Source: Veleropilina oligotropha (lineage: Eukaryota). Taken from it: a DNA stretch of 64,000 bases. Below, piece by piece: positions 1 through 13,400 of this stretch. Position numbers and translations under genes: made by a program. The stretch covers positions 1-64,000 of the forward strand of contig JBEUKZ010000002.1 of assembly GCA_048128005.1 (NCBI GenBank). Direction: 5' to 3'. Below the pieces are notes generated by a model, which was not told the DNA's origin, ran no database searches, and saw only the letters and a list, made by a program, of their open reading frames with translations. Every line of letters starts with the position of its first letter. The stretch's first letter is position 1.

Positions 1-75
1 AACATGTCAAACAAAATATTTCCAAAAAATATTTCATAATTATAAATTAACAATTACAAAAGTTTACTATTTAAT

Positions 76-3000
76 TTATTTAATTTGAATGTTGAAGTTG
101 AACACGCCACCATTGATGGTTGAACCAGAAATAAGTGGATTCATTTGGAACTGGTCACTAGTGCACGCAGCATAGCTGGTACTTTGTGAACATAACGGAA
201 GGGTTTTGATCTCATTATTAGGGTCGCAATTTTCTTCCGAATTGTTATCGTACGGTTGCATAATGGAATCAATCTGCTCGACTGTATCACTATCATCAAC
301 ATCAATAGAATTATTAGTACAAGTTGTATTTGGCCTGGATTTTGTTAAGGTTAATGACATGTCTCTTTGTTTTTTCACACTAACAGTGCTGTACTCATTT
401 AAACTCTGGGCATTTTTATGCCCAGTTAATTGAATAATATCTACATTATCAAATTCTGCCTCTCGCAGGCGCTTGATCGTGGTCTTCCTTCCACTGTGAT
501 TGGTTTTACGACCTGGAATGCCTCCAGACACTGCCATCTTTTTCATTATCTCACTAAGTTGATGGATGCCCATCGGCTGCGTCTTGTACCATATCTGTGG
601 CCCTGCCTTCTGCATCGGCGTGAGGTAAAATGGGGACTCTGCAGTTGTCATCGCAACTGGACGCCTAAGAAAAATGACAAAGCATAAATAATTGTGTTAC
701 CGATTTATGTATTATGTTTACACACTACAATCATGCAGATCATGACATTTATGGCTATTTAATTGTCTCAGAGCAAAATCTAACCCCAACGCAAGGTCAG
801 TGCTGTGTGGAGACAGTACTTGTATACAATAACATTATTTAAACGGCATAGGTGTTTTCAGAAAAATAGTACATCGGCCTACTGTACACATCATTGAACT
901 GTGTTTATTAATTGTTATTACCATATTATATTTTCGAATCCGCCAAATTAACTAGCAAGGCTTTATTTAAATTATGTAATTATATGCATGTCTTGGAATG
1001 ACAGGCGACTCCGATTTGAGACCTCTGTTCTACCACTCGACCACCGGTCGCCCGGAATGGCCAACTGAACAGTGGGAGTGCATAGGCGCACGTTAAAAAT
1101 ACTTTCTACAACAATTCTTATTTTTATATTTAAAAACAATAAACCAAGTTTTTGTTACTTTTGTTACTGGAAATGAATAAATGTATATGAAGGGAAGACT
1201 ATGAGTCTGAATTGGGTAAACAATTAAAAGATACTATTAAAGAAAATCATCAAATCACAATTCAGAATAATTCATTTTACAGACTGTCAGTAATACATGC
1301 GATTGAATAGTATGTCCATATGCATACCTGTGGGTGTATTCTAACAGGAGTTGAACTGGGCAACGGTCTGGCTGTTCTGGCATCTCGTAGATTCTTGGCG
1401 GGTAGGCACGATGCTGGCCAGGGTCCTTCCTGGTTTTGGTGTCTCTTTCGTGATACAACAAATATCGCCTCCCGTCGATGTCTGTTTGGATGGAAATATC
1501 TCCCCATGTCAGCTTCCGGTGTTCGTCCCGCCCTCGCAAGCCAAAGAAGTTGTTCCGCCACCACATAGCATTCAACAGACTCTTCGGATTGGAAGCTCCC
1601 AGTAATTTCTTCTCCCATAGGACCTGAAAGTATCGAACAAGTACAAATTAATTTAGTTTAGTATTTTTTTCAGACATTTCATATAATATTTTTTATAATA
1701 AAAATACTATATCGCCCGATTTCGCAACTATATCTTATAAAAAGCAAGTCAACAGCGATGCACGTTTTGTTTATAACATGATTGTTATGATTTTTCAATG
1801 CTTGCATGTTGTGAGAAGTTTCCTGTCTTTTTAGTAAATCGCAAATAAGGGAACTTACGACGATTGTTGGTGTTATTAATAAAAAACAGCTTATTACATA
1901 TATTTGCCATTTCGACATTGATATTAACCCAAATTTAAAAAATGTTGGAAGTGTGACTCGGTGCGAGGTAATTTTTTCGGACCGATTTCTAAACTTTTAA
2001 CAAAATGCAAGCATTGAAAAGTCATAACAATTGCCTAGCGTCAGAATATAAACAAAACATGCATCGCGGTTGACTTGCTTTTTATAAGATATATATAGTT
2101 GCGAAATCGGGCTCTACAGTGTCAAATGTGATAAATATATGCCATGGATTGTGTGAGTGATGTATATGTGGAATGGGATGGTGTGCGAAACATTTTTTTT
2201 AACTAATCAATACTTTATGTCTAAACTCGATTTGTGTCAGGGGTGGCACATTATAGGCATTGGCCAAACAGAGCGGCCGGTGGCTGAGTGGATCGAGCCT
2301 GTATGTTAAATAACCGACGGAAGTGCGTGGGTATCACCGGTTAATCGGGGCTTTCCTCCCACGAAAAATAAGGATATTTATCCATTACATGAGTGGACTA
2401 TACTGTTGGATAAACCTTTAGCTTTATCCAAAAACGTTGAATAATTGCGCACGCGGATGAATAATATTTGACCCCATTTGATCTAATCCAAGTATTATAA
2501 TTAGCGCACGATTCCTTTGAAGATCACCGATGCAGTGAGTGTCTCACACTTTCGAGAATGTAAACAATGATTTTGTAACTTTATATTATCATGATGTTTT
2601 TAAGAAAATGTTACATTAATTCCATATTTAGCTTGAAATAAATAAAACTGACCGATATCTATAAAAGTTATATTATTTTATCCATTTGTACGTATAATTG
2701 TAAAAACTATTTCAAATGTTTACTTACTTTTTGGCTGTCGTAATCTTGTTTCACTAATAAATAAGTCTTAAAATCTAGTAAATCCACAAGCTATCTTCAT
2801 TTCTCGGCGACACCTTCTTTTATGTATTGTACTTATTCCAGAAATGGCGCAATATTTAGGCATTGTTAAACTAATTTTAACGATGCGAATCATGACACTT
2901 GGCTCCGCACATTCGGCGCGTGCCATAATGACGTCAAACGTAAACAATTCCATTCATATTTATTTGCAGTCAAACTGAAATGTACAGCGCGAACTTGTAA

Positions 3001-3960
3001 TAATGTTTCAAAATGATGGTAAAATCATACTATTTTTACGTAATCATTTTTATTTACACAAATGGAAAAGACGTTGTTTTCATGATGGTACATAAAGATA
3101 ATTGCATTTCATTTGAAATATTGTTGAACTAGTTGCTATAGCGTAGGTTCATATGAAAATCAACCATGTCAATTGTCAATCATGGTATTTTTTTTACTAA
3201 TTTGCTGTTTTAATCTAGTAAATATAAATAATTTCAATGACGACAATAGCCGCATTGGATAAATAAGATATACCACGACCTTTTCAATAAAGCGAGATTT
3301 TTTGTTTTGCATACCACGAGTGAGATAAAGCCCATATTTGAAAAGACCGTGGTATATCCTATGGTGGTATATGCTTCGATAAGGTGCGTTAAATGGAAAA
3401 TGCAAACAAACAAAAATCAACCACACCCCAGTGACACAAAATTGAAATGGAGTTAAATTGAAATGACTAGATATGCCAAAGTAACCTATTCATATAGTAT
3501 ACCCTGTAGGCTAGACAATATTGTTGGATAATGTTAAAAAAAACCTCACCTCTTCTTCCTCAAAGGAAAGTGGTTCACATTGATTTGGTTTTCTGCCCTT
3601 TCCTATCGACTTCAGTTGCTTTAATTTCGCAGCCAGAACATCGCGGCTTCCCTTGAATTCTCCACTTTGTGTGATGGTCAGTCCATAATGATTTGTGGAC
3701 AAATACCTGTCGAAGCTGTATGCAAACGACCGAAGCGAAGAGGGCTCATAATTATCTCCATTTGGTTTTTTGGCCGTCAAATAAAATGACTGCAGATATT
3801 TGTCTAATTCCGTTCCCGGTATATCTTGAATTTCGCGACTTTCACTTGCCGGTCCTATTAACCATCTCTTCAATATGCCAATATCAGTTTTAGTCTTCGA
3901 TTTTGTATTGATTGGTATCTGCTGAGAAATGAACGCGTCAACCTCGTCTGGAGACAACAT
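76..3960 (-). CDS. Crypton-type (DUF3504-like) tyrosine recombinase, 3 exons (3960-3550, 1623-1328, 664-76), 431 aa, apparently intact
   Basis: GT-AG junctions join in frame (EEEE|VLWEKKLLG; EYTHR|RPVAM); total 1296 nt with no internal stop. Motifs FGLRGRDEH, TKT, TNHSGRKT (HxxR), TGHKN and SLNEY supply the R-K-H-R-H-Y catalytic set. Confidence 0.88.
1706..2120. mobile_element. MITE with ~70-bp terminal inverted repeats inside Crypton intron 1
   Basis: gcccgatttcgcaactatat...aaaagcaagtcaac..cgatgca..ttttgtttata at the left is mirrored at 2048-2120. Confidence 0.7.
2375..3360. mobile_element. Non-autonomous element with short IR pair and terminal hairpin (Crypton-like architecture), degenerate
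   Basis: tatttatcca (2375-2384) / tggataaata (3256-3265), followed immediately by hairpin gatataccacgaccttttcaa...ttgaaaagaccgtggtatatc. Confidence 0.45.
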
Positions 3961-5195
3961 GTTTACAATTGTCAGAAATCGCCTGTCGTCTGCTAAATGC
4001 AAGGGCAATAATTGCGTTTGGCACAGCTACTCCTGCTGGACTGGCAGAAGAAAACACGTAATGTCCATAAAATGACGGAAATAATAAATAATATGAATTT
4101 TTCGTCAAAACAGGTAATTTGTATAAAATTAACACCAATTACGAAAAGTATTAACGCCAAATTACCTCTTGAAGCGAGACAAAATGGCGGAGGTCTCAAA
4201 TTGTTTTGAGTCCACTTGTTAACATTTATTGGACTAGGTAAATTGGTTATTGGACTCGATTTCAGTCCAATATCATCATTTATGGGCAAACGTCAAACGG
4301 CATTTCAACCAATCAGAAACGGGGATAATAAAGCGATGGATAATAATAAAATATATTCGATACCAAAGTATAATATCGTGCAATTGTTAATGAGAAAGCA
4401 TGACTGTCCTAATCTTATGCATACCCATTTTTCCGTAGTATTTTCGCCTTGCACCGCTAGTAATAATGGATACTATTTCAATAGCTATATATATCCAACA
4501 TAAGTGCGCTAATAATAGCTAAAAACATTAAAAGGAAGGCACAAATGTTTATAATTATGGACAAATGCATTAATATGTAAAAAATTGTCTGTAAAAGATA
4601 TGGAAAGTACCAAATTGGGTGAAAAGGGTAGGTGTAAGTTTATTAAATATGTGACACAATATCAACAAATATAGGAAATTGCTTTCTTGACATGATTGTG
4701 TTGACCGACATTTTCTCAAAGTGCCCATGATCTGCACGCAGCCGAATACTGGTACAACAGGTAATAATCCAGAACAAACGAAATGCTCTAAAAAAACAAT
4801 TCAAATTACAATCATATCCTCACAAAGTCATATAACAGTAATTGTTGCTACAATTATATCCACGAGAATATAAAACGAGACATTCATTAAGGATACTTAT
4901 CCAAAATATTTTGATATTTCAGATAGATAAATCAACCTTTAATACATTCCTGGGGCCTGTCACGAAAAAAAACGGTGGGCACCACCCTCTTCGAATATCA
5001 TGTAGCCAATTAAACATATTTTAGTTATATATTGAAGCATACCACTACTTTAAATATAAGTCATTTTCATGAAAATATATTATTATCGTAAAAAGAAATC
5101 ATGATAAATAAAAGAATAGTATATCATCTAGAGAAAAACAATTTAATTAACCCGACCAAAGCGGTTTTAGGAAAAATAGACAGACAACAGATCAA

Positions 5196-7280
5196 TTGGT
5201 CAGGCTGGAAAATGACATTAGAAAAGGGTTCATCCAAAATAGAAAAACACTAGCAGTCTTCATTGATTTCGAAAAGGCATACGACATGATTTGGCATGAA
5301 GGGCTCAAAGAAAAAATTAAAAACTTAGGTATTACAGGCAGGATGCTAAATTGGATAGGTAATTTTTTGGAAGATAGGAAAATAAATGTAATAGTCGAAA
5401 ACTCAAGATCGGAAGATTACGATCTAGAAAACGGTACGCCACAAGGTAGTGTAATCAGTCCAACTCTTTTCAACATAATAATTAATGACTTAGATAAAAC
5501 TCTGATAGATAACAAAACGACAAAATCATCATTGTTTGCAGACGATAGCGCGATATGGAACTCGAATAAAAATGTTAAAAAACTAGAAGACATAATGAAC
5601 GAAAACCTTAAACTAATCCATAAATGGTCAAACGAATGGGGATTTAAAATATCCGAATCAAAAACGATAGGAGTACTTTTTTCTAAAGGTAGACAGTACA
5701 TTAAACCTACATTAATACTGAATAACAAACAATTGAAAATTGAAGACAGAGCTACATTCCTAGGAATGACATTTGATCGTAAATTAACTTGGCATGCCCA
5801 CATTAACCAACTCATCAATAATTGCAATAAAATGCTCAACCTCATGAGATGCGTCTCTGGTAACGACTGGGAAGCAGATAGACAAACTTTAACACTTCTA
5901 TATAAAGCCTTAATTATGTCGAGAATAGACTACGGCTGTCAGGCATACGGTTCAGCTAAACCACATCTTTTAAAGAAAATAGAGAAAATTCAAAACCAAG
6001 CCCTAAGAATAATTACAGGAGCATTTAAATCAACTCCAATAGCCAGTCTTGAAGTAGAAGCAAATATCAAACCCCTGGAACTACGTAGGAAAGAAATGAC
6101 GCTTAACTACTGGGCCAAAACTAAATCTCAAGTAGAAACCAATCCCGCGGCTAAATTAGACACTAACTGCAATGCCTTCCAGAAAATAGAATACAATAAA
6201 CGGTACGTAGATCGACCACCGTACGGATTGATAACAAGAAGATACAATCAAGAACTAAAACTCGATAAATTACATATTGCGCAAAACAGACCTGCAGATA
6301 AACCGCCTTGGCAACATAACCCTGTTAAATCATCAATACAACTTAGACACATGATAAAGGACGAGCCAGCTCTAAATATAAAAGCCACGACTCAAACTTT
6401 CATAGATGAAAAATGGAATGGATATTTAAAAGTTTTTACAGACGGGTCAAAGGACCCAGAAACGTCACAAACATCCGCAGCAGTGGTAATCCCAGAGTTA
6501 AAAGTAAATAAATCATTCAAACTATCAAACAACTTAACTGGTAGCTATTGAAAAAGCATTGGAAATAATCCACATAATTGAACCAACAAAAGTTGTAATT
6601 CTGTCAGACTCCCTAAGTGGACTTCAGTCTCTACAATCCTCAAAAAGTTCAACAAGACCAGATCTAATCAATAAAATCAAATCATTAAATGATTCCCTTT
6701 TGGATAAAGGAATAGATATAAATCTTGAATGGATCCCAGCCCACGTAGGCATTTTAGGCAATGAAATGGCAGACACAGCAGCAAAAAAGGGAATGACAAA
6801 CCCAGATTACACTCTAAATAATATCCCGCTTAGCCACAACGAAGTCAAAAGCATAGTCAGAACTCACATTAACAATGAGTGGCAAGATCGTTGGAATCAC
6901 CATGATAAAGGCAGACATCTTTTTCAACTTAAAAATAAAATAGGCAAACCAATTAAGATGCAAACTAGTAAACTTGAAAGCAAAACAATAACGCGCCTCC
7001 GACTCGGGCATTCAGGTTTACTAGCTCATAGATACAGAATTAAATCATGTGAATCACCAAAATGTCCCCATTGCGACTTTCCGGAAACAGTCGAACACTA
7101 CCTCTTAAAATGTCCCGCACATATAAATGAAAGACAAAAGCTTAAAGATACGTTAAGAACAGCTAATATACTTGAAATCGACAAAAAACACTTCTAGCAC
7201 CACCAGAACCAGTAGCTACCTACACATATAGGGCATTAGCTAAATATATCAAAGACACCGGTTACATAAACAAAATATAG
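5196..7280 (+). pseudogene. LINE ORF2 remnant (RT-RNase H), broken at ~6550 and ~7190
   Basis: ORFs 5196-6551 and 6559-7197 are consecutive parts of one pol, with a deletion/frameshift inside RNase H. Confidence 0.85.
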
Positions 7281-7772
7281 ATAAGTGCGCCACCACTAGG
7301 CAATAAACTGGCAAAAGCAGGCTCATAATAATATAAGGAGAGGAATAGAGGGAGGTTAGTAAGCAAAACTACCTCGAACCAACACCAACAAAAAAATTAT
7401 AACTAGTTAGACAACGAGTTGGTATGATTCTAGACAAACAACCGCGCGCAGTTTGTCTAAAGGCGGCAACTCGTCCGCGTAAAAACAAACTATATCTCGA
7501 CAACATCTACATACCATGCCAGTTGCTTTTTATTTTATTTTTTTTCCCATTCCGAGGCCCATCAAAACTGGCTACATTAACAAGATATAGAAAATAGAAA
7601 AACCAAAAAAATAAAATAAAATATCAAGAAATACCAAAAAAAAAAAAAATGCCTTCACACAATCTATAACTTTTCTTTTCTCGGCCCATCATGTACACAC
7701 ACATACAAACGCAGTTCTAATACTATTATCTTCAGCACATGTTTCTGTAAATATTCCACCCTAATGTCTCGT

Positions 7773-8585
7773 GCGCACTCATTTGCAAAGAAATAGGCTC
7801 TGTTGCTTTAGACTCGGGGCAGCAGGCGTTACCTTAGCGACATCCACGATGCCAGCGACGGGACCCGGCGTTAATAGGGGAGTGTGCCGAAACGAAAGCA
7901 AATAAAATACAACAACGCATCCACACCACCTACACGAAACGTACATAATCATGGAGGAACGATTATGCGACGATTCACACTTCCCCCCACTACAATCTAT
8001 TCTCTTACCCTTTTTTGTTATTTTTTATATTTATTTTTTTATTTTATTTTTTATAATTTTATAGGCTTAGCACATTCATAATTAATGAAAGCGGCCCTGC
8101 TGCATTAGACTCGGGGTAGTAATCGCTACCCAAGCAGCATCAGGGATGTTAGCGAAGGTGCATTACACAAATAGGAGTAATGTGCATAAGCGATAACAAA
8201 TAAAAGTCTCAGATACACTCATGGTAAAGAGCTAGGCCCTGTTGCTTTAGACTCGGGGCTGTAGGCGTTACCTTAGCGACATCTCCGATGCCAGCGACGG
8301 GACCTTACGTAAATAGGGGAGTGTACAGAGACAAATTCATATAAACGTGTGACACACTCATGGTGGGGATAGGCTCTGGGGGGCAGTAGCTGATGCCTTC
8401 CGACGTCACCTTGATGTACGTGGAGATTTGGTTACGGTAAATAGGGGAGTGTGCAGACAAATCTACAACTAAAATGTTTCAGACACACTCATGGTGGGGA
8501 TAGGCTCTGGGGGGCAGTAGCTGATACCTTCCGACGTCACCTTGATGTACGTGGAGATTTGGTTACGGAAAATAGGGGAGTGTGC
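7773..8585 (+). repeat. Five ~105-115-bp structured repeat units in the LINE 3' UTR
   Basis: Units at 7773-7887, 8070-8185, 8214-8325, 8353-8453 and 8484-8584, each closed by a cacactc/gagtgtg-type stem with conserved aggc(t/c)ctg and aatagg(gg)ag. Confidence 0.75.
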
Positions 8586-9631
8586 AGAAACAAAAGCAAA
8601 TAAAATACAAGCACCTCTTGCACTACACTATACATAACTCATACCCAACACACGAAACCAGGCATACTCATGGAGGATGGAGTATGCCTTGTTACTTCTT
8701 TCTTTTATTTTTTCAAATATCAAATAAAATGCCGAAACAGCAAATAAAATACATCCACTGCAATACACTACACATCACGCACTCATCCTCCAACTTAATT
8801 AACTTATTTTTCAACATTTCGGAATTTTAATTCAGGCCATTACATTTTAATTTTTTCTCTCGATTAAAGCCTTTTTTCAACTACATAGCATATTGATTAA
8901 CTAAATGTTGAAATGTTATGTAGACGTAATATATTGATATATTCAATATGTATATATATATATATATATATAAATATATACCTTTTTTATTCCTAGTAGT
9001 ATAACCTTTATAACTTACAAATTACGGCAGTATAATCAATAAAGTTAACCAATAATTGTCATTTTCTCATGTTCACTTACAGTAACTACTAAATTTATTT
9101 TCTATTATTTTCCAGTTTTTTTTTGGTGGCCCTGAATGGGTACGTTGGAACAGTCGGACGGACGGTGCAGCCTGAATACGGGGTTCGGCCTTTTCTCTTC
9201 GGTGCGTGTACGACATCCATGGAAACTATAAAGCAACAAGTCAAATATAAAGTAAAGAGGTCGAAATCACGGAAAACGTGGAAGACCTCGTTAAAATCGA
9301 ATAAAACAACAACAACAACAACCCCCCCCCCCCTCCCCGAAACATGCCGAGTCTGGGCCATGCATGACGCGATCCACGCACGCTCTGTAGACGGCACAGC
9401 TGCGTGCATGTGTTTAATCTTCCTGTCAATCATATGTATACCTCTTGGCAATGGGAAACGTCAATCCGATAATACATTAGAGATAAACATGGACGTTTTC
9501 GTTCAAAAATTCACTTGTATGTTATTGTTCCGGTCAATTGCCAGTTCTTTCAGTGTTCACATCACTTCGAGGAACCCATATCTGGCAATTGTAATAAATG
9601 GGTACTTTTATATACGCTTTCTAAAAATATC

Positions 9632-9830
9632 AGGCCGCTTCGACAGTCGTGTGGTTTCGGATGTGGACTCTGCAGGGACATCACACATTTGTTCAAGTAA
9701 GTTGTCCCTAACTGGTCGGAGAGGGCGGGTTTCCCCGGGCGACCGGGCTTCCCCCCCCCGCGATAATATGGACCTGTCCTGCTTTGAAACAAATGATGGT
9801 TGGATTTATACTGGACATTAAGCATTGATT
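9632..9830 (+). mobile_element. tRNA-derived SINE (family also at 47850-48100, 50050-50300, 50495-50650)
   Basis: Shared core agttgtcc.taactggtcggagagggcgggtttccccggg..ccggg and tail ggacattaagcat; other copies retain B-box-like ggttcgaaccc. Confidence 0.7.
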
Positions 9831-10461
9831 GATTTTATTTTGCAGAAAATTCAATGGCATCATATGTACATTAAACCATGCAAGGATAACACAGAAAGCA
9901 TATAAATACTTATTTCCACTGTGGTCATAAGACACATACAAACACAAAATAATACAAATTAAAAAAACAGCAGATATTAATAAATATGTTTAAGCAAGTA
10001 AAACTAGTAAATCAAAACATTAAACTAAACATTATTTAATCAATATCAGATGTCTGAAATTGTAATTGCAGGTGAGTTTTGATCTTCTTTTTAAATAAAA
10101 CTATTGATGAACAATTCTGAATGTTACAAGGTATGGAGTTCCAAGCATGGTATGTAGTATATGATAATGACTTCTGACCAGCTCCTAAATGTCGGGGTAT
10201 ATGAAGCGTTGATTGACTACGGCGTGTAAAATGTTTATGGATTGAAGTGTTGTGTATCACATTCCTGGTGAGATATGATGGAGCTGCATTGGTGGTAATT
10301 TTATACATGTGCACCAATTTAATGTATCTTACCCTATAGTTCACTGGAAGCCACCCTATTCTTTCAAATTCAAAAGGGCCTATATGAGATCTTGCATCAA
10401 GATTTAGGACAAAACGAACAACTTTGTTTTGACATGTTTGTAGACGATGGATGAGCTTAAT

Positions 10462-13400
10462 TTGTGAGATGTGGGCAGTTTTTGCGACTGAGTGTGCGAA
10501 AGTGGAGTTTGGTTATGCATGCATGGATGGGTTTGTTTTCGTATGTGACAAATGCAATACTCTTACCCTGGAGGAAATCTTAAACAAGGAAAACTGCGAC
10601 GTGGGAATCCAGACGGACGACATCTCCAAGACAGAAACAGAAGCCGAGACGACTAATACATGGAAATTAGTGCGGAAAAGAAACAAGAAGGCGGATACAA
10701 CAACAACAACGACGACGACGACGCTAACAGGTAATATATATGCATGTCTGTCTGATGAAATGATTGATCTTCGGAAGAGTGATACAAATGTAATAGAAGA
10801 CAAGAATGAATGTGATACAAATGACACGAAAGAGGCTGGTATGAATGAAGCAAGAGTTGAGTGGGAGGTTTTAGACGAATATATAGCGTCGGATAATATT
10901 GTTTTGATAGGTTCATCTATAGTTAGAAACGCTGATAAAACTTTTTGTGCTGTTGACAGGAAAAGAAGAACGAGAGTGTGTTTACCAGGAGCCAAGATAG
11001 AAGATATCACGTCGAGGGCGGACAGTCTGACTGCGGGGGAAGGCACTGTTGTAGTTATCATAGGGACTAACAACATCGACAAGGACAGTCCCGAGGAAAT
11101 GAAGAAGAAGTACCAATAATTGCTTCCGAAGTTGTACGACAATGGTAAGAGAAAGGTGATTGTGGGTGGGCTGTTGCCAAGGAGAGCGCCTAGGAGATTG
11201 CTGGAGAAGATGAGAGAGATAAATGCCTGGTTGCGTGAGTATTGTTGTTCGGAGGGGTTTGGGTTCTTCGATTTGTGGGACAAGTTTGAGGGAAGGAGGG
11301 AGTGGTATTTCAGAGATGGGCTGCACCCTTCACTGGAGGGTGGAGAAGTGCTGGCCAGAGGAGTAAATAGGGCGATAGAGAAACATTTAAACTGATTAAG
11401 GGGGAGGTTGGATCACCAAATCAGAGAACGGAACAACCCGAAAACAGCGGTGTAAATAATACAAGGAGGCAAAGAAAGACCACTAAATTCACTAGAAAGC
11501 AGATAGGCCCTTTAAAATCTAAAGGAAATAAAAAAGACCAAAACGTGCTAAAAGTTATCTTTACAAATGCACAAAGTGTGATGAATAAACAAGGGGAACT
11601 AGAAACACTAATCGATGTACACAACCCAGATGTTTTAGGAGTTACAGAATCATGGACAAATAGTAACATAAATGATGCCGAATTAAATGTAGTGGGTTAC
11701 AAATTATACAGAGAGGATAGAACAGATACGTTAAATGGCAGAGGTGGAGGGGTATTACTATACATCAAAGATCAACTAAATTATGTTTCTCGCGAAGATT
11801 TTAAAATAAACTCTTTTCAAAATTCAGTTTGGTGTGAAATTATGGCGAATAATAAAAAAGATTCCACAATTGTAGGTATTGTTTACCGGTCACCAAATAG
11901 CACGGAAGAGAATAGTGCTAACCTAAACAGTACATTGGGAAATGTGAGTAACTCTAAGTTCAACGTATTAATTATGGGAGACTTTAATTACCCAGATATA
12001 AATTGGAAAAATTTACATAGTGGGAAAGCAGGAACAGATTTTTTATCCACAATGCAAAATGAATTCATGCACCAACATGTGCATTTCCCGACTAGAGGCA
12101 ATAATGTATTAGATTTAGTGTTTTCCAGTGATGTAAATATGGTGCAAAACATTATCAGAATTGGGAAACTTGGATGTAGTGATCATGATTTAATTGAATT
12201 CCAGCTACACACAAAAACAATTGTGAAAACTAGCAAACAAGAAATACCAGATTTTCGAAAAGCAGATTTTGACAAAATTAAAGCAGATCTCCGAAATATA
12301 AACTGGGAGGGAACTGAAAACTTAAATGCCACGGAATGTTGGGAAGGTTTTCGAAATAACATCGAACAAATAATGAAAAGAAATGTTCCATTAAAGTGTA
12401 GACGCAAAATACATTCACCACCATGGTTAACCAGGAAAGTCAGAAAAATGATAAGACGGAAATATAAACGTTGGAAACGATACAGAGAGTCACACGACAC
12501 AGATGAGCACCAACAATATATAGAAAGTGAGAAATAAAGTAAAAAAATAAATCCGAGCAGCCAAAAAAGCTTTTGAAGAAAAGTTAGCAGAAAACATCAA
12601 GGAAAACCCCAAATCTTTTTATGTTTATATTAGGTCAAAACAAAAAACAAAAGATGTCGTAGGTCCCCTGAACGATGAACATGGAAATATAATATCCGAT
12701 GATGCACAAATCTCAGAATCCCTAAACAAATATTTTGCATCTGTTTATACTATTGAGGACACGATAAACATTCCACCGGTAAAACTTATTTATGAAGATC
12801 ATGAAACTTTTTGTGAAAGTATTGAAATTACTACGGAAATGGTTGAAAAAAAGATAAGCTTACTAAATGTCAGTAAAGCTCCAGGTCCAGACAGCATATA
12901 TCCCAAATTGCAAAAATTCGGTAAAGATGAATTAGCAAAGCCATTAGCCCTGATATTCAATAAAACTCTACAAGAAGGCAGCTTGCCTGATGACTGGAAG
13001 ACTGGAAATATTACCCCAATCTTTAAAAAAGGTAGTCGATCAAATACCCAAAATTATCGACCTGTTAGTCTGACATCAATAGTAGGCAAAATAATGGAAT
13101 CTATCTTAAAGGATGCTATCTTAAAACACATAAATAAATTTGGCCTTCTAAACCTAAGTCAGCATGGGTTTATGGAAAAAAGATCTTGTTTAACAAACTT
13201 ACTGGAATTTTTTGAAGATGTAACAAGTGCAATTGACAATGGCAAACCAGTTGATATCATATATCTTGATTTTCAGAAAGCATTCGATAAAGTACCACAT
13301 AAACGACTATTACAAAAAATAAGTAACCATGGCATTAAAGGCCAAATACTAAATTGGATACGTAAGTGGCTAGACAATAGAAAACAGAGGGTTGTAATAA

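Larger units (their letters stand above)
5110..9320 (+). mobile_element. 5'-truncated non-LTR retrotransposon, I group (Nimb/I-like), with RT, RNase H, CCHC and a ~2-kb 3' UTR
   Basis: RT motifs QSGFR, DFEKAYD, GTPQGSVISP, LFADD; RNase H VFTDGS, SDSLS, WIPAHVGILGNEMAD; CPHC..ETVEHYLLKC. The 3' end has a gaggtc..gacctc stem, gttaaa and a (caa)n tail at ~9257-9320. Confidence 0.85.

Noticed and set aside
4320..4500. Terminal hairpin upstream of the autonomous Crypton
   Set aside because: Only weak inverted similarity (gtgcaa/ttgcac) and no CGAG apex, so it cannot be used to link the recombinase to the hairpin elements.
7773..8585. HDV-like or hammerhead ribozyme call for the UTR repeats
   Set aside because: Units start with ggctctg, but no P1 partner or conserved L3 is present and there is no CUGAUGA/GAAA core; left unassigned.
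9123..9821. 232-aa ORF
   Set aside because: Crosses a LINE tail, a microsatellite and a SINE; no coherent protein signal.
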